From Styela clava (taxonomy: Eukaryota): 64,000 nucleotides of DNA. Of the stretch, positions 40,093 through 50,322 are shown piece by piece. The stretch is taken from NCBI RefSeq assembly GCF_964204865.1, contig NC_135262.1:7998001-8062000 (forward strand), written 5' to 3'. A program made the position numbers and the translations under genes. A model generated the notes under the pieces. It was given only the letters and a program-made list of their open reading frames with translations. It did no database searches and was not told the DNA's origin. The stretch's first letter is position 1; each line of letters starts with the position of its first letter.

Positions 40093-43000
40093 CTATTTAC
40101 TAATAATGTCTGGAAAAACCTCTTCAACCATTTCACATAGTAAATTATAGAAAATATGTTTGTTCAATTTCTCATCTTGTAAGGCATGAAAAATCTTAAG
40201 AATGCCACGTCTCGCATTCTCTTGGCCAATTAAGCTTTGAAACGCTTCAGGGATATTCTGTAACAATTTAACTTGTGCCTCCAAAGCCGTTTGAGTTTTC
40301 TCTTCTTCAGATCTTGAGGATGTTAATTTTGGCTTTAGTTGTCCATCGGGCCACATCGAATCCATAAATAATTGAAGATAGTAAGTTAGCATTGGATCAG
40401 AAATAAGCCAATGTAAAGTATCTTTAATTTGTTTATTAATGGTTCCACCGAAAGCAAGCCTCACAAATATAACTAATGTTTTACGTAACGGACGAAACAA
40501 TCCTTGAATTTCAAATATTTCTCCGACAAGTTCATACAACGGTTCAGCAATTGAATCTAAATCAATCACATCATCTGCATCTGTTTCATCGCTGTCAGAA
40601 AGATCGTCTTCGGATCGCAGAACCGACTCAAAAATATCTTTTGGTAATGTAAAAAGTAAATCACCAATTTGCCATAATGATTTTTTACGAGAAGTTTCAC
40701 CGGTAGAAAAAAAGGGATTTGAAGTATTCCTGCGATGACTTTTTCCTCGTAGCAGAGAATCATTTTTAGATTGTTCTGGTGGTTGACTGAGAAAGGCATA
40801 AACTAATTCACTTCGACTTAGTATTTCATCTTCTAAAATATCTTTCAAATATTCGTTTAAAACTACCTTTGATTTATCAAGAAATTTATCCGATATACCA
40901 CCAAACATAGGAATATTTGGTAAACGTTTCTTTTTTAACCAAGGTCGGAGATCACGAAGACTACGGTGCAATAATTTGAATTCATCAAGATTTCTTGCAA
41001 CGACCCAACCAGAAACATCATCTGTAACTTCCAAAAGAGGGACACCAGAACACAATACAATTATACTGTAAACAGGGACTTTCGTCGCATTTTCATCATT
41101 AATAGGCAAAATAGCAACATTATCAATATTCGCACTCCAATTTCCCATTCGAGACCACCACGTTTCCGTTCTTTCGATGTGTAATTGTTGCTGCAATTTG
41201 TCCTTCTGTAAATCAGCGATATCTTGTTGCAATTGCTTCGTCAATTTCTGATCTTGCTTGCCACCAGGTTTGAGACTCTCCAAAGCTTGTGCTTTATATT
41301 CCAATTTTTCTTCAATGTTGCGGAGTTTTTCTATTGCTCCATCAGATGGTGACTTTCTATTTCCAAAAGCAGCTGTACGGTGCGAATAAGAATCGTCTTG
41401 CTCAGGTTGAAATATTGCATCCTCGGAAGTACTATCATCCCTTAATTGTGGCATCAATTGGTAGATGTAAAAATCGCTGACCAAAAAAGATGGAAAATGA
41501 TCCTTTTCTAGTATTTTATAAATCTGTTCTTGGAGAGTGAAAAAGTCATCTGGAGCTTTATTACCCACAACACAAGTTTGCATGCCCTTTAGTAATGATT
41601 TCTCAATATCAATTCCTAATTCATCAGAAGTGCCTGGTACTACATAAGTTTGATAAATATGACTTATGATTTTAGCAAGGTTTTTACCAGTAGGTTCGGT
41701 ATCACGGATAATTTCAACTTCACTCCAAAATTTTAACAACGACCCACGTCCAATTTTTTTCATGTATTTCATGAAATAGCTGCGAGCCATGGGAGATGCC
41801 ATTACCTCAGAATAAGAAAGCAAATGAACGCTTGATGTAATGGCTGCCCCAGATGCCTCGTCTCCAAATTTAGGTTGATTTGAATTGCCATCTCCTCCTA
41901 GTGCTTTTATTCGTTTTTCGCACTGTTGTCTTGCGACTTGACACTGATTAATATAGCGTTTCAAGTCTCGAGATATCAGTAATTCTCCCTTTGCCATACT
42001 CTTCGCTTTCCCCAATTTTTTTTCGTTTTTTTTTAAACTGCTTATTGCAGTAGCATGCATGAGTTCTGTCATGATGTGACGTCTGATTTGATATAATTGA
42101 TTAATATTATCAGTACTGCTAATTATTCGAATAAAATCTTCGTAAGTTGCGGCATACATATACGCTCGTGTTTTCTCCTCTTGCTCAGATTCTCTATGTT
42201 TGATATAAGCTAATATGCTTAGATTAATATAGTCAGGATCACAAATACTATCAATCATTGGCAAAAATACCAAACCAGCCAGAATTTCTCTCAAAATCAA
42301 TTTTGAACTAGAATTTGACGATATATGAATGGGGAAACATAACTTTATAATATATCCACTAATACGGCGAAGAAATTCCTTTTCTGAGTTGGTATCATAG
42401 AGACAAGGGTGAAGACTAAAAAGTTCAGCATTCTTTCGTGAAGGATCTGATGCACTCAGTTCTTTAAAATATTGTACCAATGTTTTTACGAATCTATCCA
42501 TCACTAGATGTGTTATGTCAACTTTGGAGAGATGTTTTGAAAAATATCGATACGCCTCCCAAAAGTCAGCCTTGACTAACTTATGCAAACGTCCATGATC
42601 ATTGCTAACAGTGGCATACCATGTTTCCACAAAGTCTCGGAATGTGTATTCAAATATTCTATTCATAAGCATATCAACATTTTGTGAAACACAAACATAG
42701 GTTCCACTTTGTACACTGCTCCGATCAGGAATTTTACCAAGCATGGCTATTTTGGTTTGTATATGTCGAAGAGATGTACGAGGAGTCTCATGCATGCGGT
42801 AATGCATGTGAATACTTTTTGATAAGCCTTTCAAGAGAACAACAAAAAACTTTTTAATATGGAAAATGAATCCCTCACCAGTTGGTATATCATAATAAGT
42901 GCGATTCCGTAATATTCCATTCTGATTTTGCGACCACGGATATTTATCAACTGCATAGTCAACAGTTTTAATCGCAATATAGATTCCAGTCAATATACCA

Positions 43001-43155
43001 ATCAATGCAGCAACAATCGCAGAAACCATATTGAAAACTTTAGAAGGGATTGCTGTGTCAAACATGTATACGATCCACAAGATTAACAAAATGAGAGTTA
43101 ATTTCCTCCAATTAGAAAAAACAGTAAAAAATTTCAATTTCCGCAAGACATCCAT
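40093..43155 (-). CDS. SNX25: Sorting nexin-25 (TM-PXA-RGS-PX-PXC), single uninterrupted 1020-aa ORF
   Basis: N-terminal TM helices, PXA (FRDFVETWY), the SNX25-specific AYMYAATYEDFIRII...RDLKRYINQCQVARQQCEKRIKALGG, RGS (LLKFWSEVE..HFPSFLVS), PX (WVVARNLDEFKLLH) and nexin C-terminal (DSIAEPLYELVGEIFE, DSMWPDG, LNKHIFY) segments. Confidence 0.92.
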   Translation of the reverse strand: MDVLRKLKFFTVFSNWRKLTLILLILWIVYMFDTAIPSKVFNMVSAIVAALIGILTGIYIAIKTVDYAVDKYPWSQNQNGILRNRTYYDIPTGEGFIFHIKKFFVVLLKGLSKSIHMHYRMHETPRTSLRHIQTKIAMLGKIPDRSSVQSGTYVCVSQNVDMLMNRIFEYTFRDFVETWYATVSNDHGRLHKLVKADFWEAYRYFSKHLSKVDITHLVMDRFVKTLVQYFKELSASDPSRKNAELFSLHPCLYDTNSEKEFLRRISGYIIKLCFPIHISSNSSSKLILREILAGLVFLPMIDSICDPDYINLSILAYIKHRESEQEEKTRAYMYAATYEDFIRIISSTDNINQLYQIRRHIMTELMHATAISSLKKNEKKLGKAKSMAKGELLISRDLKRYINQCQVARQQCEKRIKALGGDGNSNQPKFGDEASGAAITSSVHLLSYSEVMASPMARSYFMKYMKKIGRGSLLKFWSEVEIIRDTEPTGKNLAKIISHIYQTYVVPGTSDELGIDIEKSLLKGMQTCVVGNKAPDDFFTLQEQIYKILEKDHFPSFLVSDFYIYQLMPQLRDDSTSEDAIFQPEQDDSYSHRTAAFGNRKSPSDGAIEKLRNIEEKLEYKAQALESLKPGGKQDQKLTKQLQQDIADLQKDKLQQQLHIERTETWWSRMGNWSANIDNVAILPINDENATKVPVYSIIVLCSGVPLLEVTDDVSGWVVARNLDEFKLLHRSLRDLRPWLKKKRLPNIPMFGGISDKFLDKSKVVLNEYLKDILEDEILSRSELVYAFLSQPPEQSKNDSLLRGKSHRRNTSNPFFSTGETSRKKSLWQIGDLLFTLPKDIFESVLRSEDDLSDSDETDADDVIDLDSIAEPLYELVGEIFEIQGLFRPLRKTLVIFVRLAFGGTINKQIKDTLHWLISDPMLTYYLQLFMDSMWPDGQLKPKLTSSRSEEEKTQTALEAQVKLLQNIPEAFQSLIGQENARRGILKIFHALQDEKLNKHIFYNLLCEMVEEVFPDIISK

Positions 43156-43164
43156 TATTAATGT

Positions 43165-43482
43165 CTAATCAGTCTTTTTCTTTTCTACAACTTTTTCTGT
43201 GTAAGCGGCGTAAATAAAAAGTCCGAGAACAACATGAACCACTACAATTGAAGTTAAAGCAGATGGCACAATACTCGCATCTTCTGTGAGTTTGAAAAAT
43301 CCTTCGAAAACCAAATTTTTTGCAATATAATATGATGATATTGGACCGGTCACCATAAGAAAAGTATAAAATAGCATTTGTATCACTGTTGAAGCTGGGA
43401 CAGCACCTTGTTCTGCTTGTTTCACTGTTTCTTCATGTAGTTTTTTCTTTAAATATTCTTCTGAACTGGTATTTTCTGACAT
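43165..43482 (-). CDS. VMA21: V-ATPase assembly integral membrane protein VMA21 (105 aa)
   Basis: MLFYTFLMVTGPISSYY..K..VFEG and SALTSIVVVHVVLGLFIYAAY form two TM segments typical of VMA21. The C-terminus carries a KKxx (KKTD) ER-retrieval signal. Confidence 0.9.
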   Translation of the reverse strand: MSENTSSEEYLKKKLHEETVKQAEQGAVPASTVIQMLFYTFLMVTGPISSYYIAKNLVFEGFFKLTEDASIVPSALTSIVVVHVVLGLFIYAAYTEKVVEKKKTD

Positions 43483-44054
43483 TTTATATCAGTATTTCAT
43501 TTATGAATTAGCTGTTAATTATGAGTATTTTCTCTGGATCAGAATATAGGCATAGCTTATTTTGAATTGTAATCCAATCACATAACACTGTACGGTAACA
43601 CTACAGCATTACTGCACTAAGAGAGAAAACAATCAAAACATAAAATACAGTACTGCAGTAATACCAGGGACCCTTCAGAACCGCTGTACCTACCCAACTT
43701 GTAGACGAGTCTGCCAGTGCTGTAGTGTAGTGACACAGTGATACCGGTACGATTGCTTGCAAATGCAGAAATGTTTGAATGTAATTAGCTATAGGTAGTA
43801 CTATATTTACCTTTCTAATGCGAAACTGTTCGTTCATCACATCACTAAAACACATGATTGAAAACATTGACTCGTCTTCGTAGGTTAGCGAAATACTAAG
43901 AACGATAAACCCTAAGTGACTATAACCCTTGGATAACCCCAACCTCTAAATCTAAATGATTGACTTGCATCTTGTCTCATGCGACACAACAGACAGACAG
44001 ACTGACAGTGACAGGTCAAAATTTATTCAATCAGGAATAGCGGACTTGCACGGT

Positions 44055-44084
44055 TCACGTGACTTTGTTTACGCCGCCATTTTG
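44055..44084 (-). promoter_or_regulatory. Putative promoter of VMA21/SNX25: CLEAR-like E-box, Fox site and YY1 site
   Basis: TCACGTGAC (44055-44063), TGTTTAC (44066-44072) and CGCCGCCATTTTG (44072-44084) are clustered ~570 bp upstream of the VMA21 ATG. A candidate leader exon has a donor at 43810 (aag/gtaaat) and an acceptor at 43512. Confidence 0.45.
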
Positions 44085-44355
44085 GACGGCAAAAAATAAA
44101 TAAAAACGTCCAGACCTCGCTCCTGTCAGTTGCAAGTCGCGTTGATTAATGACATAATAAATGACAAATCAGGCATAGGGCAGATCTCCAAATGTTTAAA
44201 TTCAAACTGTGAGTATTTCAACTTACAATGTATGTGTGGATTCAAACAAAATATTTTAGATGTGGAAAATCACGGGACTTGCCATTTTAATATCAGCAAG
44301 ACTACAAGAAGATTTATCTAAATTGTGATCCAACAGGCGGAGTCTCAAAAAGGTC

Positions 44356-44522
44356 GTGTCCCACTAGTCCCACGTGTCTCCCTTGTCCCACTTGTACCAC
44401 GTGTTCCACTTGTCCCACGTGCCCCACTCATCCCACGTGTCGCACTTGTACCACGTGTCCAACTTGTCCCAATTGCCTCACGTGTCTTACATGTCCCACT
44501 TGTCCAACTTGTCACATGTGAC
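44356..44522. repeat. 9-bp minisatellite (GTCCCACTT/GTCCCACGT)n
   Basis: About 18 degenerate 9-bp units containing six CACGTG hexamers. Confidence 0.85.
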
Positions 44523-44893
44523 AAGGGGGGTCAATGAGTCATGCACTAGGTGACTAGGGTGTCCATTTGACTTGTGTAAGAAATTAATCATCAGTTGTCA
44601 TAAAGTATTATGCCCGATACATTGGTACATTTTTAATTCGTGGTACTAGAAAAAAGTAGTTCCCGGCATTCTTATTGTATGCTAGTTTCTAGATTGTTCA
44701 GAGAGGGAGATTTGTTGTCACTAAAACAAAGTTAACGCTATACTGTATAAACATAAGCCAATAAAGGAAATAATTCAACAGTGATTGATTATTGTTTTGT
44801 GCGGATCGGTTTGTAGGACTGATAATGGTGATCTGGGCTCCCGATCCATGCGTATAAGTTGTATGAAAGCTATCATGATGGCATGGTATAGTA

Positions 44894-45371
44894 CAAGGTG
44901 GTCCGAACCCAGGCCCGCGGGCCACATGTGGCCCGCCGCTTCATTATCTGTAGCCCGCGTCACATTCGGAGAGTAATCGATAAATCGCATTTCGTGTTGT
45001 TTCGTAATTAAATTAATCAGAAAAATCTTTTGACATCCTGTTACATCACTAGTGTCAATGAATTTACTAGTGTTATGGCTAGCTGAGGCAACTAGCGAAG
45101 TTGAATGATGTGCTTGGCAATCTAAATTATTATCTGGCTTTCTATCTTTTTGGTCGGGAATATATGCTAACAATATAGGCATCATAGAGAACTAAAAATC
45201 GAATGCGGATTCTATTAGCCTGGGATGGCTATGTCTGATAACTATGTGTTTGCACAATAAAAGTGTTTGTTTTGTATTGCACTGTTCAACTATTCTTGGC
45301 ACTATTGTGGCCCGTGAACAATGAAAAAATAAATTTGTGGCCCGCGGAGCCGACAACCTAGGACCACCCTG
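44894..45371. mobile_element. hAT (Buster-type) MITE
   Basis: Perfect 8-bp TSD GTATAGTA (44886-44893, 45372-45379), with TIRs CAAGGTGGTCC / GGACCACCCTG. Confidence 0.88.
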
Positions 45372-45414
45372 GTATAGTAAATGATGGCAGACAGTAAATC
45401 GTTCATATAACATA

Positions 45415-45720
45415 AGGATTAGAATTTACATATTTATCCCGAAGTAGAGCAAGGTCTATGAAGCGGCTCCTATTGCGAGCACCAGTCACCAGTGCATGTC
45501 GGGTATGCGATCAGTTCGCCAGTTATTTGTTTCAGATGCATGGACTTGATGATGGAAGAAGCTTTTACCGACTAGCGGTTACGTGAACAACCCTGAGGCG
45601 GGTAGGAGTCCAGTAACCTTCTTGCACATAATTATCTTCCGGGATTCGAACGTGCGAACACAGGCAGATTAATCATACTTGAGGTGACGAACGCATGCCT
45701 AGCGCTTAGAACGATGAGCC
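45415..45720 (-). mobile_element. Diverged near-full-length tRNA-SINE copy
   Basis: Colinear with 52351-52693: tail, gcggttacgtgaac core and gggattcgaac (box B on the minus strand). Confidence 0.8.
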
Positions 45721-46369
45721 TTGTGGGATGGGACTCTGCCTTTGATGTGGCCCATTTTTGAGATGTTCTCCCCATTTTGAACATATTGTTTCCGACCATT
45801 TACATATGATGAGATCAGATAAAATGCTTCCCCGCGAATTCCGCAATGATATAGACTTTCTAATAGAATATAATGATTTACTGTGTCGAAAGCTTTCTCA
45901 AGGTTTAAAAAAAACAGATGTGTTCAATAAGAGAAAAAACTGCCGACTTGAAATTCAAGATTTTAATAAAATTTAAAACGAGTCGAAACTAGTCGTGTCG
46001 GATTTTCCCAGAATTTCAACATACAGTAGTTGTTTGAATGTGTGTCCATTTATTGATGATAGCTTTATGTTTCTCTGATTCCCTCAGGTCTATAAGAAAA
46101 ATTATATATTTTTTTCTATAACAACAAAAACTGTATTATATGATGGTTGGATAAATAATAAAACTTCTCTTTCAACACGTCGATGCTTTGTATTCCAAAT
46201 TGACCAACTGATTCCTCGTGACATAAAGAGAAAATCTGGCAAGCATGCTGAGGAATCAACGTCCCGTTTGTTTTGAAAATCCAAAGATATTTCGGCTAAC
46301 CTTGTCAACGTTCTCTGACGCTCGAGGTTTGCTATCTGTTTTTTGTAGCGTTATCTGTCCAGTATCGAC

Positions 46370-47802
46370 ATGGAAAAGCCACAAATAATAAGTCATATCG
46401 AGAAATCGCTAGACTTCACGTTATTTGACTGCAAATGGATACCCAGGAGTGCAAGGTTTGTTGTTCTCGGAAGTTATCCGCGCGGTACTGGTGCAATTTT
46501 GGTGTATGAAATATCCCATAGAGAAATCAAGAAAATTAATGACAAAGAAACACCAGCCTCTATGAAATGTGGAACGTTTGCTGCATCGTCATTACAGGTA
46601 TGTCATATACTGATATAGGTTCTGACTTTGCGAACATTTGTACTGTATGGTACCGTAACGTCTGAACGTAGGTACGGTACCTGCAGACACAGAGACATGA
46701 ACTGGCAAAAAATTCCCGGTTTTTATTATCTTTTTTTCACCGAATGGTATAGGCCTACCTAAAATCCTTTGTTATATGGTAGGCCTACCACTCTTTTGAC
46801 AAACTTCAAAGAATACTAGACAGATACGAAGGCATGATCTTTTGTATCACATGATTTAATAATGTTTTACTTGTGAAATTTGTTGAGGAATAGTCATGTT
46901 TGACTCCCTCTCTATCATAGCATATGACATGAAATTGCAAAATATTTCAAAAATTTTAAATCACTTTTCAGTCACGGAATCTAGCAACTGGGGACTTTAG
47001 AGGGCACCTGACAGTATGGGATATTGAGACTATGCAGGATGTATATTCAGTACCAGCACATAATCAAATCATTAATGCAATTGATGGTGTAGGAGGATTG
47101 GGTGTTGGAGAAGGTGCACCAGAAATTGTCACTGGAAGCCGTGATGGTTGTGTAAAAGTGTGGGACGTTCGCCAGAAAAATGTTCCTGTGGCCAACATGG
47201 AGCCGGAAGAAGGGCAGGAGACGAGAGATTGCTGGACTGTTGCTTTCGGAAATGCTTTCAATTCAGAAGATAGATGTGTATGTGCGGGATATGATAATGG
47301 TGATATCAAATTATTTGATTTGAAAACAATGTCTATTCGTTGGGAGACTAATTTATCAAATGGGGTTTGTGCAGTTGAATTTGATCGGAAGGACATAGCT
47401 ATGAACAAATTAGTTGCAGCTTCACTTGAAGGAAAGTTCCAAGTTTTTGATTTACGAACACAGCATCGTACTAAGGGTTTTGCTTCGCTTACTGAGAAAG
47501 CACACAAGTCTACTGTGTGGCTGTGCAAACATTTACCGCAAAACCGAGACGTGTTTGTGACAACTGGAGGTGCTGGGTCATTAAATCTATGGAAATATGA
47601 ATATCCTCCCAAGAGATGTAAAACAGAAGACAATGAACAAGTCGGTGTTGTTGGTAATGTTCAGCTACTGCAGAATGCAATGCTTTCAACGCAACCTATT
47701 TGTGGATTTGACTGGAGTCCAGATAAATTAGGCCTAGGAGTTTGTACAGCTTTTGATCAATCACTGAGGGTAATTATAACCACAAAGCTAAACTCTTTGT
47801 AG
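46370..47802 (+). CDS. WDR92: WD repeat-containing protein 92 / dynein axonemal assembly factor 10; exons 46370-46597 and 46972-47802 (~352 aa)
   Basis: [28 protein letters not shown]|[62 protein letters not shown]. Phase-0 GT-AG intron. Confidence 0.95.
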
Positions 47803-48072
47803 TATCTGTGCACTTCACATGCTTTTTTACTGGGATAGATTTTTAAACAGTGCCCATCCTGCATCCTTGGCTTTCAATATTGAGATGAATATATAATACA
47901 AACCCAACTTTTTGATTTATTGAAGCTCTCAATTTCATTGTATGTTTGCAGTTGAAGAGAGCAATATAGAATATTTTCGTTTCAAGTAGTTTCCTTTATA
48001 CTTAAATATTGACCTTTTTGTACAGTAATCCAAAATTAAAGTATTTGTATAACAACTAATTACTCTGTAGAC

Positions 48073-48381
48073 CAGAGGTGGGCAAGCTACGGCCCGCGGG
48101 CCAAATCCGGCTTGTTGGGTAATTCAATCTGGCCCGCCTCATGCTGCCGCAATCAAACTAAAACCATATCTTGATGTTTCAGCTAAAAATAGCTCAAGGA
48201 ATTTGTTGAGGTTGCGATTACATTTAGTTTTGGAACAAGGCCTATTGTTTTCCACTTTTGCTTCTGTAACACTGTAAATATTGTGCATAAAATGTAACAT
48301 TTTACGTCACACTTACATGGCCCACCAGTCTAGATGGCTGAAATTTTTGGCCCCATGGTCTAAAAACCTTTCCCACCCCAG
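48073..48381. mobile_element. hAT (Buster-type) MITE
   Basis: Perfect TSD CTGTAGAC (48065-48072, 48382-48389), TIR CAGAGGTGGGCAA / TTCCCACCCCAG. Confidence 0.85.
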
Positions 48382-50322
48382 CTGTAGACGATGGTTTTTT
48401 CATATAGAAGTTGCCAAAATTGGATTTAGAATGTTTGTTATTCTTTGTCTCCTTACTGTGATTAGTTATTGTATGTTCCACACAGAAAATATGCCTTTGT
48501 GCTCACTGTTTGTATTTGGACGAATATTATTTTCTGTAATCTGTACATACTTTCCTAATGATTTGTTCTATTGTTTTTACACACCTATGTAGTATATTTT
48601 TCATAAGATACTTATCATTGATGAGTTGGGGTGGACAAGTGAGATCAGTGACTTAGCTTAGTTGAATTAGGCCTACTGCCCTACTCGTAGGATAATGAAT
48701 ACAGGTGCCAACATGTTTTATAATTTATTTTGTGGCTAGGAATACTATATTTGATAACTACAATCATGTTGCGAGCAGTTGACTATGGTCATCCCTCATA
48801 TTGACTCATACGTGAGAACAGAAATCCAGTGATTGTTCACTCCTGGGCAGTAAGTAATACGCTGTTTATTTTTCATGTTGCTGAGAACGCACAAAAAATA
48901 TGCGAATCGAGGTTTCAAAAAGATAGTAAATGATTAGGAATCAGAGATGCCGTCAGTGCGATCTAACAATACAATGTTAAAAAAAATTTGAACTTCATTC
49001 CTGATTTAAAACAATGGATGTTTTCCTTGACCCCAGAAAAATATTACCTATACTTTAATTTGCAAAATTTTGGATGCTCATATTGAAAGTATTTTCGATA
49101 ACTGGCACTTACAAACTGATTTACATGCTGAAACCATCATTTTTCAATATAAAATGCGACCTCGTGCCTCTTACAGGTACCGGTACTGCTAGCTAATTTT
49201 CGAATATTGCAACTAAACATAAAGCTCATCGGAACACACCATGACAATTAAATTACTACATTCCCAACTAATTTTTGGAAACACAACCGGGAAACTGACA
49301 AATAACAGGCGAAAACGAGACAATGTTTATTATAACCATGCTTGAATATCTGTCGGCGCAAACGGAGTGTCTGCAAAAATTGCAATTGTTGCGTCCTCGT
49401 TGATTTTTTTGCTAATTGGCCATTTTTAAAGAAATCGATGCTCGGGGAAGCATCCATAGGATCTGAATTTCAGTGTAAAGTGAACAAAACCTGACACTTT
49501 CAAAAAGAAGGAAAATTATGGAACGTAGGGTACCTTGAATTCTCACTATAAAACTGCCATACCGGGTGATTTGAAGCGAAGTAGAAACAAGTCTTTGCTC
49601 ATTTGATTATATCGAGCCTGATCCGTAGCCTATTATTGTCGATCGTCACCGGTTACTGAGTTAGCCTTTTTCGACAGAGACCACACAAACCCCCCCGATC
49701 ATGTCTATATCAGAAAGGTATTCGACGGGCGTTTTATTCGCATATGGCATTCATTGGGGCCATATGATATATATCTAATCACAGTGGCGGCGCGCCAATA
49801 GGGCCAACCGGGGCAATGCCCCGGTTGTTTTTTCGGTATAATAAAGAAATATTCGAAAAATACCTCAATATCGGTTGCACAGACTGTCTACACTAGCCAT
49901 ATTCTCCCGACATGGTTCATTTTTCGCTCGCAAAGCCTTCGCCGAACGTCGACGGGGTGACGTCGATTTTGCCCCGGTTGCTCATTGTATATCGTATTCT
50001 CTCTTTTATCTTCCACTCGCCGCGTTTGCCTCGTTTGTTTTCTGTTTCTTTTACTAAATCAACGGGGCCGATCGGGGCTAGCCCCGAAATTATGACGACA
50101 CAATGCCGACGTTTCTTACAACAACGTGTTGACATATTCACGCATTCCTTCTCGTTCGTTGGTTGCTTGAAGAGTTGATAGTTTCCTCGCCTTCGTTTTT
50201 GTCGCTTGTTTCGCTATTTGAATCAGTTAGAGACCTTCAGTCCATTTGCTTTCGATTTTCCACATTCCTTTTGAGCTCCTCACTTCTTTCCGGCTTCGCA
50301 TTTCTTAGCCTTAGACCTCAAA

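Noticed and set aside
44325-44537. ORF encoding (VPLVPR)n
   Set aside because: This is simply the translation of a 9-bp minisatellite, with a non-ATG start and no gene context.
47064-47633. 189-aa minus-strand ORF
   Set aside because: Antisense shadow of WDR92 exon 2.
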